Source of the DNA: Magallana gigas | Lineage: Eukaryota | Length of the DNA: 64,000 nucleotides | Reading direction: 5' to 3' | NCBI RefSeq assembly: GCF_963853765.1 | Contig: NC_088858.1 | Location: 2,418,001-2,482,000, forward strand | Shown here: positions 25,778 through 36,165 of the stretch, piece after piece | How the letters are laid out: the number at the start of each line of letters is the position of its first letter | Position numbering within the stretch: the first letter of the stretch is position 1 | The notes under the pieces: model-generated | What the model saw: only the letters and a program-made list of their open reading frames with translations | Databases searched by the model: none | Told to the model about the DNA's origin: nothing | Made by a program: the position numbers and the translations under genes

Positions 25778-27535
25778 TTACTAAACCAAGGTCACTTAAT
25801 TACTAAACCAAGGTCACTCAGTTACAAAACCAAGGTCACTTAATAACTAAACCAATGTCACTCAATTACTAAACTAATGTCACTTAATTACTAAACCAAG
25901 GTCACTCAATTACTAAACCAAAGTCACTCGGTTACAAAACCAATCTCACTCAATTACTAAACCAAGATCACTCAATTACAAAACCAAGGTCACTCAATTA
26001 CTAAACCAAGGTCACTCAATAACTAAACCAATGTCACTTGATTACTAAACTAAGGTCACTCAATTACTAAACCAAGGTCACTCAATTACTAAATCAATGT
26101 CAATCAATAACTAAACCAAAGTCACTCAATTACTAAACAAATGTCACTCAATTACTAAACCAAGGTCACTCAATTACTAAATCAATGTCACTCATTTACT
26201 AAACCAATGTCACTTAATTACTAAATCAATGTCACTCAATTACTATACCAATGTCACTTAATTACTTTATCAATGTCACTCAATTACTTAACCAATGTCA
26301 CTGGATTACTAAACCAAGGTCACTCAATTACTTAACCAGTGTCACTCAATAACTAAATCAATGTCACTCAATTACTAAACCAATATCACTTAATTACTAA
26401 ATCAATGTCACTCAATTTCTAAATCAATATCACTCAATAACTAAATCAATGTCACTCAATTACTAACCAATGTTACTCAATTAATAAACCAAGATCACTC
26501 AATTACTAAACCAATGTCACTCAATAACTAAACCAATGTCACTCGATTACTAAACCAAGGTCACTCAATTACTAAACCAATGTCACTCAATTACTAAACC
26601 AATTTCACTCAATTACTAAACCAAGGTCCCTCAATTACTTAACCAATGTCACTCGATTACTAAACCAATGTCACTCAATTACTAAACCAAGGTCACTCAA
26701 TTACTAAACCAGGTCACTCAATTACTAAACCAATGTCACTCAATTACTAAACCAATGTCACTCAATTACAAAACCAATGTCACTCAATTACTAAACAAAG
26801 GTCACTCAATTACTACACCAATGTCACCCAATTACTAAATCAATGTCACTCAATTACTAAACCAATGTCAATCAATAACTAAACCAAAGTCACTCAATTA
26901 CTAAACCAGGTCACTCAATTACTACACCAATGTCACCCAATTACTAAATCAATGTCACTCAATAACTAAACCAATGTCACTCAATTACTAAACCAATTTC
27001 ACTCAATTACTAAACCAAGGTCCCTCAATTACTTAACCAATGTCACTCGATTACTAAACCAATGTCACTCAATTACTAAACCAAGGTCACTCAATTACTA
27101 AACCAGGTCACTCAATTACTAAACCAATGTCACTCAATTACTAAACCAATGTCACTCAATTACAAAACCAATGTCACTCAATTACTAAACAAAGGTCACT
27201 CAATTACAAAACCAATGTCACCCAATTACTAAATCAATGTCACTCAATTACTAAACCAATGTCACTCAATTACTAAACAAAGGTCACTCAATTACTAAAC
27301 AAAGGTCACTCAATTACTACACCAATGTCACCCAATTACTAAATCAATGTCACTCAATTACTAAACCAATGTCACTTAATTACTTAACCAAGGTTACTAA
27401 TTACTAAATCAATGTCACTCAATTACTAAACCAAGGTCACTCAATAACTAAATCAATGTCACTCAATTACTAAACCAATGTCACTCAATTACTAAACCAA
27501 GGTCACTCAATTACTAAACCAAGGTCACTTAATTA
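25778..27535. repeat. 22-bp minisatellite array (roughly 80 copies)
   Basis: Unit TCAATTACTAAACCAA(G/T)GTCAC. Confidence 0.95.
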
Positions 27536-28845
27536 TCAATCGAAGGTTTTTAATTACAACAACAAGGTTATCAAATTATTAAACGAAGATGAGTCTTTTC
27601 CAAGTTAAAAATAAACAAATAAAAGATCACTATGGTTACTAGCAGTGAAGTTTATTGATCAAACTTGAACAATATTTAAACCAATGGGCAGTACTGTAAG
27701 TTATTACAAAGCGATATAAACTACGAGTATTGTCAAAATAAAGACTTGGGTAACACAAACAAAATAATCAAACAAACAGAACACAAGGTAACACAGACAA
27801 AATAATAAAACAATGCATTCGGTCAAGGCTATTGTGTGTCATACTGAACAAAGGTCAAAGTTAACAGGGCAACTACAGCGCCATCTATCACTCGTGCTTA
27901 CAATGAATGAATAATAAATAGAAATGTCAATCAGGATGCGTAATGATTCCAACTCATGTACAAACTGTTCATTCGTATACATTTACAATATTCATACGTG
28001 CATACAATTCATGCGTATACATAGAAAGTAGCCATGTACACATGTTGTTCATTTGTATACATCAACAATGTGCTCATAATTTGCATTGATTTATAGAAAG
28101 CATGACAATCCTCTTAGAACAATTCATTTACACACGCTCGTCTAACAGCCATTTAATAAATTAAAAGTTAAGTTAATATCTTTTTTAACGAGTTTATGTA
28201 AAAAAAAAAACGAATTGCGAAAATAATATAATTAGGCCTAAACTCGTTATTACCTAACACAAACGATGCCTTTTAGTTAAATATGTTGCGTTGAGATTCA
28301 CCAGCTTGCATTTCTCATCTGAATGTCAAACGTCAAAGAATACCTTCACATTTTTTGAAAATTCTGTAACTTGGGCTACATGTGCTTAAATACACTCTAT
28401 ACTTAAGAAGCAGATTAACACTTGTACTTTAATGTTGTTTAGCAAAAATAACTTGCTAAATTTGGTAAACTTATGTTCATTTCATGTAATAAAAAACAAA
28501 AATACATCTCTGCTATAACAAACAAATTTCCTATAAATAGCAGCACTGTAATCTAGTGCTGAACAATATCACATATAGAATGGCCCAATATTGTTCATCC
28601 CGCCACACTGGGATTCAATGTTTCAGTATCCCTGGCTCTAGCCCGTACTTTAAGAGTGCAATTCGTGAAGATATGGTTTCTTCGAAAAACGTCAAGAAAA
28701 ACCGGGACCAAGAACAAAACGGCAAGTGGTCAATGGAAAGATCACGCGCCAACAGAGACTGTTTTGGATTGCATCTGTTCAGTATTTTTCCGCGCACATT
28801 TTACACACTGTAGGACGTAATGTTTAACTTATCATAGCACGAGGT

Positions 28846-30538
28846 TCATCGTGTTATTGGAACCGTTGAGTTTGGCATGCACAGCTCCACATTACACACA
28901 TTGGCGGGACAAAGCCCGCCCGGCTGACAGACGCGCATGCACCACTCGTTCATGCTGGGCATCATTTGGAAAACACCGTTGGCCCTGCACTTTGGCTCTG
29001 CAATGGGCAAATTACACCCACACTCACACATAAAGTCCACGCAACTGTCCTTTTGACAGTGGTCAATGCACCACTGAACTATACCCTCCGTTTCATTGTA
29101 CTGTCCCTTCCCCACACAACGGAATTTCGGTGAAAACACAGTACATTCCTCTGCGGTGGAGGACACTAAAGGTTTGACTGTTGTAGAGGGAGCCACAGTC
29201 GCTGGCTTACGAACAAGGTTCCTCTTGAACACGGGAAAGACGAATGAATCGCCGACAGCATACATGGGACTTTTTCTAGGGGTAGCGACTCGGTCTTTAT
29301 CATTGGTCCGGTCACGTGTCACTTTTATCCGTGATTCGTTAATTCCATCTTCTAACGTTAATTCTATAGCGGGAGGGGGAGGGAGCGGCGCCGTTCTAAG
29401 TATGTCTGGGGGCGGTCTTGTTTGCACTGCTTTAACTGGAGGAGGTGTCTTGGGTTCTTTGGACGGATGGTCATGGATATGTACGTGAGGAGGCTCCATT
29501 TTGGTCATGTTGTCAAGCCACCAAAACGGCGGCTGGTTCAGTTCTGTTGGGGGTTTCCCAAACATTTGATCAATGGGCATAGGGAATGTAAAATTAAACT
29601 CCAGGGGTTCCAGGAATCCATTTGGAATGGTTTGTTTCATTCCTGGACTAATTTTACGTATTTCCTCTTTCAGTATTTCCAGTTCGTCCCTTGTAAGGTT
29701 GTATGTTAGTTCGTGTGGCACTATGTAGATGTTTTCATGTAGTGATAACAATGGACGTTCGAACATTGTATCACTTTGTTTTTTGACAATGGCCACGTCA
29801 GCACAATTATAGAACTGTTCTTGTCTGCCTGACCCCATCTCTGCACAATTGTTAATTCCTCCCATTCTATGTCCTGTAAAACAAAATGAACACATAGTAA
29901 ACGGTTGTCGTTAAATTACTTTTAAGTTTATAATATAATTGACCATTGTTAAACACTTTTTAAAAAAAATTCTCTTATCACTGTAATTTTGCTGTTAAAA
30001 GTTCAGTGTCTAATCTTGCTACCTCTTGCCCACCATATCGTACCTGTACTGTACTTCCACTGTAAAACACAATGCGAGCACACCACATTCTCACTGAGTC
30101 GAACATGGAGATCGAAGAGACCGCCATGACTTCCTACATAGTATCTAAAGTTCCAGGACTCTTCGATCCACAGCAGGTTTTTGTCGAAGCACTCCTGAGT
30201 GAGCGGGGCGTCAGAAGAGTTCCTCTCACAGAGCCGGAACTCGAAATACCCCAGCATGTTGCTCTCCACCTCCACCGTGATGTTGACGTACCCGCCCTCT
30301 ATGTACGTCTTCACAATAATATTGCTGTCGTACACGCCCCCCTCGTCGTGGAGTTGCGGTCCATCCGCAGGGTCGCCACACACGCCGCAGGCGCCATTGT
30401 TTCTCTCCCATTGCCTCTGAAAGAATCAAATACGTATTTTTGATTTATTTTTCATAGTTATGGTTTAACCAAGATACACTGAATGCTTCATATTTTTAAA
30501 GGCAGGCTTATTCATATATCTCTCGCTCATTTTCTCCA

Positions 30539-30579
<41 letters not shown>

Positions 30580-33500
30580 TTAAATGCCATAATAAGTTTA
30601 ATGCAGATTCAGGATTGACACTTAGGTCACAATGCTAAATGCCATCTGATGTATTATCATTTTAATACACCGTCCTTATGAATTAGTTTAGTTGTAATAA
30701 TAACGGCAATTCGAAAGAGGTCACTTACTACTATCTAAAAATGTTAACTTTTGCATTGTTCCTGTACTATTCATTTTTTAGTTATTTAAACTGAAGGGTG
30801 ATTGGACCCAAATGTTCTGGTGAACTGGCAATTCACATTTACGGAAAGAACACCATACAAAGCCAATTAATCAAGCAAAATAAGCACTGATTTATGAATA
30901 TGAATTAACACAGAGGTAAGAACGTCTAGGAATTTATGTCTTCAAAGACATCTTTTAGAAGATTTTTTCTTGCGCATGACACACCTAGGCCTATGGACCA
31001 ACTGGCAAGAAAGCATTCTCTGTCAAAGAGAAACCTAAATATGTCGCCGTTGAGAATATTTAGGACAGAAAGGCCCTGTGACGCTGACTCGTTCAAGAAT
31101 CAAAAATATTGTATGACTTCTTTTATTTTGATTTTTTATCTGAGATGTAGATATTTTTTCGCTGGAAAATGCATTTGAAGGATATTATATTCGGTCGAGG
31201 TGATCTTTTTTTTTTTAGTGTGTTTAAACTAAAAGTTCAATAGTCTAGTCTAATGAAATGCCATTAAAAAATGAAGAGGTCGAAGTATAGGAATAAACGG
31301 TAAAAGGTAAACTTTAAGGAAGTGGTAACAACGTACTGAAAATAACAACCAACTGAAAAGCTAAGTTTATACCAAACCACATCACGTCAGAAGTGTGTTC
31401 ATAAAAACAAATGTATACTCGATGTAGAGAGGACTGGAGGATTGTTGTGGTTGGCTCTTCTGTAAGGTGTAGACATTGTTAATTAATTTATTTAGAATAG
31501 ATTTCATCATTGTCTTTTCCCTTACACCGTATAAATTAGAATCGGGGATTTTCTTAAAAGTGCTTTTCTGGTATGCGTAGCATGTGAAAGTGTTAGGACA
31601 TGTACACAGTGTAACAGGCGGACGACACTTGACAGAGTCCGACGGGAGGCCTGTCTCCATACAACTACGTTGTAGGTCTTTGGATTATTTTGTTGCAACC
31701 TTCATCTACTCTAATAATAAAATGTTGGTTTGGTTAATGTGAAATAATGCTTGTCTACTCCTGCTGTTCCAGCAGTATGGACTAGACTTGTCCTACTCTT
31801 TGGACAAATTCAGTACGCTGTTTCTATTACACCTTACTCAACCTGTCTTGTTATTTTAGGTCACAGGAAAAGGTCAAAGATTAAGGAACGACAACATCGC
31901 AGTCGTATGAAAATTTTCAAATTATTTTACATGTCAAAGCCTAAGGAGGGCGTAGAAAGCGTAAATTTTGGACATTTTTCAAAATTAGGATCATGACCTT
32001 TACATTTATTCAGGTTAAATTTAACTCTAAACCATAGCGGCCACTTCTGATATTTCAGGATATGGACAAAATGCGTCTTTATTTTCATGGATTATATTTG
32101 AAATATTATTAAAGAAAAAATCAAGCATACAAAGTTTTGTTGCCATTAGAATTCAATACCCTTGTAGGTGAACTTCCTAAAAAGATATTAAAATAAACTT
32201 GTTGCACGAACTTAATTTGATATATTCGATGATATATAAGCTGCCATTGATAAATAAATTTTTTGAAATATTTTTAACATTCAGTCGACACAGTGCATCA
32301 TACACTCGATTGTGGAACACAAAAGGGGGTTTATCCAGTCTTAATTGCCAAAAAACAATAATGAGAGGTGTTGCCTAAGACTCATCCATCTTATTCATCC
32401 AAATTTCATTGACTTAAATTCAGAAAATTATCAATATTAGATTTTTCCCAAATCAATAACTAGTTAATCTGTCAGGGCGCGTTGATTGATGAGCGATTCA
32501 GCGCTCTGGCGGGGCTGCCTTTGTCACTCTATGGGAGCTCATTCATTCCTGACTTTGCATGATTTATCGATCACGTCAGACGGATTCAGTTATAACGACG
32601 AATCAATCTTATCAATGTGCATGGATTGATTACAAATCCCTTTCTTTCAAACGAACATGTGTTTTTTGAGATGCTTGATCACTGTAAATGGTCTGTGATA
32701 AGAACCACCGCCGCTTATGACAATTACAAACTATAAAGACCTCTTATGCCATCCAGAAATAGAAAACCATGTTAATTAATGAGGCGAGGAAATAATGAAC
32801 TGTAAAGATGATACAAGTGATAATAAGAGTTTAACTTTTATGGTTGACAGAGCTCAAAAATTCCCCGAAAAAATCACAGGCAGACCCAACAAGAGCAAAA
32901 AAAAAACGTAGTGTATATGTTCAAATTTAAAGACCCTTTCCTTTGATTGACTTGTTGTAATGATGGTTTTAATGATAGAATAAAATAGTTTAATTTTTTT
33001 AACAACGTGATACAAGAGAAAAAGAAAACACGTTTCCTTAATTCCCAGCTTATTTTCTGCATTTTATAACTGCATATTCCTTAATTAATGATTTCATAAC
33101 TGAACCTAATTATGCTTAAATCCTTCAAGTGTTTCACTTTATTCGGAAACATGTGCTTGTATTTTCCATATTGACGTTTTATTTAATGTGGAATTTTTTA
33201 TGGATTTTACATTGTGATAATTAGGAAGAAAAATGTTGATTAGCATTGGTGTTACAAAATCAACATTAAATTATTACTTGTGTAAAACGTCAACTGATTA
33301 AAAGTTAAGATGGCCATCTCACATTATTGTTAAATTGCAGATTTTTGTTCAGAAGAATATTTGTAAAGATAATGCAATTATGAAATTGTACATATCAAAT
33401 TACAAATCATCTTTCCTTTTATATGTTTAAAATAAATGTTCTCGTATAATTGGTGGTATTAACATGCTGCATTATTCAATCAGGTTTAGTTTTGATCAGA

Positions 33501-34772
33501 GTTTGGATAGCATCTCTAGATGTATGCAGTAACAAACTGGTCAATAAGAAATATTGACCATTTCAGTCCAGAATTCAGTTAACCTTGAGAGAAGACAAAG
33601 ATCGGTGTCCGCACGTTCATTGATATTGGTCAACTTCGCCGCTTCAACCTGGCATTCTGTTTTATAAGTATAAAAAAGTCTACAATAGCCCTAGACTATT
33701 ATGTTTTCTCCAAATGTTTGAGTGACCAACAACAAATTATTGAGGGTTTGGTGTGGTTAATTAGACTAATGCAATTAGCGCTGGTCAGTGGAGACCGTCC
33801 TATAAGACATATAATGGTCAACACTGGTCCCTGACCTTCATGTCTGTTTACTTATGTTATTGCAGGCCATGTCAACAGTTGTGTGATGTTTTGATCACTT
33901 TCATACCACTAAATACATGCTTTTTGTAATGTACTGGAATCCATAAAACAGCTGAGTATAAGGTTTTTAAACAACCTTATAAAACTTCTATATGTTTACA
34001 TTTTAGCGTGAAGAATTTTACAGCCTTTTTATTACAAAGTATACTAGCTAATGACTGATATTTATAGTTTTCAGGTTTTAATTAAGGTTGCAGGCACCTA
34101 ACAACCTATTTTGTTTCTAATTAAGTCCAATTAAGTAAAAATACATATGTGTTCCAAGGAAAGTATATTTGTTAACCTCTACTCTCTACAAACTCTGGAA
34201 TCTACAGCCGTACCTTAATCTTATTGAGGAGAGTTGGATGGCAGTGGCCATTTTTAGACTATCTAAATCTCCTTCAAAAGATCTACGGATAAAGATATTG
34301 GAAAAAACAGGAAAAGAAATAGGGATTTTCTTTTACTTAGAAGAAGTTTACATTGCTAAATAAGTCATAGATTTGATGTGATGGGTATTTAGCTGACCAC
34401 AACGCCTCCTTAAGCCACAGATCTTGTGCAACGTCTATTTTCAAACACCAGTGTAATACATGACCGGGTAATTTCAAAGCAAGCCGAGAGTCATGAAAAT
34501 TCCATACAATTGTTTACTTCTAAGGCCAAAAAAAGTTTTGACTTTCGAAAGTTTAGTCAGAGTTTGATTTGTAAACTTACCTCAAACCCCCCACAGTTGA
34601 GGGCACTGTCGTTGATATTTAAAGGAGTTTCGTTACCGAATCTCCACAGAGAACTTCTCTGAGGGGGTTCCAACATCAAAGCTCGCTTCCCGTGCGTCCA
34701 CTTTGGCTGGGCAGAAACGGATCCAAGAAACAGCATCAAGAGGGCACAAGATAGAACACACCGATAGCACAT
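28846..34772 (-). CDS. Secreted AA15-type lytic polysaccharide monooxygenase-like (chitin-binding type-4) protein with a Pro-rich linker and two C-terminal Cys-rich modules; non-canonical copper site; 530 aa, 3 exons
   Basis: Exons 34772-34581, 30416-30044, 29873-28846 (GT-AG, phases 0 and 1). Hydrophobic signal peptide, then EPPQRSSLWRFG..P.N.ND..LNCGGF / RQW..NNG.CGVCGD / GYFEFRLC / LTQECFD / CSHCVLQWKY.TG / QEQFYNCADVAI, which is the AA15 motif series. Confidence 0.9.
30542..30575. repeat. (CT)n microsatellite
   Basis: Direct reading; lies in intron 1 of the LPMO-like gene. Confidence 0.95.
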
Positions 34773-35425
34773 TGTTTCACACCTACTATCGTATATTTAT
34801 AATCCATGGATCCTCACAATGACGTTCTGAAGCTTGCATTTTCACTCCATCTCATGTGTGGAAAACTATTATGAAGGAGCCAGAGTTTTTTCTTATATAA
34901 CACAAAACAGCACGAATCCTCTATTTCCTGTTCTTTGACTCAAAGTTCTTACTGGTGATATTGTAAAGGAAACAAGTTCACGTCCAGATCCAGTTTGCTG
35001 GTTGATCTATTTCCTGTGCTGGTCAGGTGAACACCGATCGCTAACAATTTTCTGCAGTTGGAAAGTTTACTTTAGTGTTTCTGATTTAACATGTAGCCAG
35101 TGACACGGATTTCATTAACCTTAGGTGCCCGATGACAGCAATTCAAAAATGAGTATCAGGCTCGCTGCAGAGCGACTCTTACATTCCTCTAACTCTGAAC
35201 TGATAGTGATAGTGATTTGTTAATTCCTTCATATATATACACGAAATGTCTCTACTGCTTTGTCATCCCTCTTCGTTCGTTTATCACCGCCGGCTTTTGT
35301 GTAGTAAGTATGATGTTCATCATGCATAATTCATTAAACTCTTCAAAAAAAGAAAAATTTGACAGTTGTATTTGGCGTCAGGGCTAATCATGGCTTGACA
35401 AGGTAAAAATATAAGTAGAGAGCCC

Positions 35426-36165
35426 TGATCATCAATAGGTACTCTGTACGCCTAGAGCCGGTACTCTGTACGCCTAGAGCCGGTACTCTGTACACATTGA
35501 GAGCCGGTACTCTGTATACATTGAGAGCTGGTACCCTGTACATATAGAACCGGTACTCTGTACGCTTAGAGAGCTGGTACTCTGTATGCCTAGAACCGGT
35601 ACTCTGTACACATTGAGAGCCGGTACTCTGTACGCCTAGAGAGCCGGCACCCTGTACATATAAAGCCGGTACTCTGTACGCCTAGAGAGCCGGTACTCTG
35701 TACACATTAAGAGTCGGTACTCTGTACACATTGAGAGCTGGTACCCTGTACATATAGAACCGGTACTCTCTACGCCTAGAGAGCCGGTACTCTGTACATA
35801 TAGAGCTGGTACTCTGTACACATTGAGAGCTGGTACCCTGTACGCACAGAGAGCCGGTATTCTGTACACAATGAGAGCCGGTACTCTGTACAAATAGAAC
35901 CGGTACTCTGTACACATTTATACCCGCAGTACTCTGTACGCTTACAAAGCCGGTACTCCGTACGCATAGAGAGCCGGTACTCTGTACATATAGAGCCCGT
36001 ACTCTGTAGGCCTAGAGTCGGTACTCTGTATGCATAGAAAATCGGTACTCTGTACGCATAGATAGTCGGTACTCTGTACGCATAGATAGTCGGTACTCTG
36101 TACGCATAGATAGTCGGTACTCTGTATGCATAGAGAGTCATGATCATCAATAGGTACTTTGTACA
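35426..36165. repeat. Variable ~22-27-bp minisatellite upstream of the LPMO-like gene
   Basis: Core GAGCCGGTACTCTGTAC followed by ACATT/GCCTA/ATATA; explains the repetitive YRVPAL/CTEYRL ORFs. Confidence 0.9.

Noticed and set aside
23305-27535. Possible CRISPR-like array
   Set aside because: Units are contiguous tandem repeats without unique spacers, the context is eukaryotic, and there are no cas genes.
28851-30443. ORFs overlapping the LPMO-like exons (28851-29033, 29096-29488, 29422-29709, 30072-30443, 30199-30420, 30226-30429)
   Set aside because: Antisense or off-frame shadows of real exons.
34794-34801. TATAAATA on the minus strand about 22-29 nt upstream of the LPMO-like ATG
   Set aside because: It would leave almost no 5'UTR, and an alternative acceptor (TAG|GTGTG) is also possible; cannot be resolved without TSS data.
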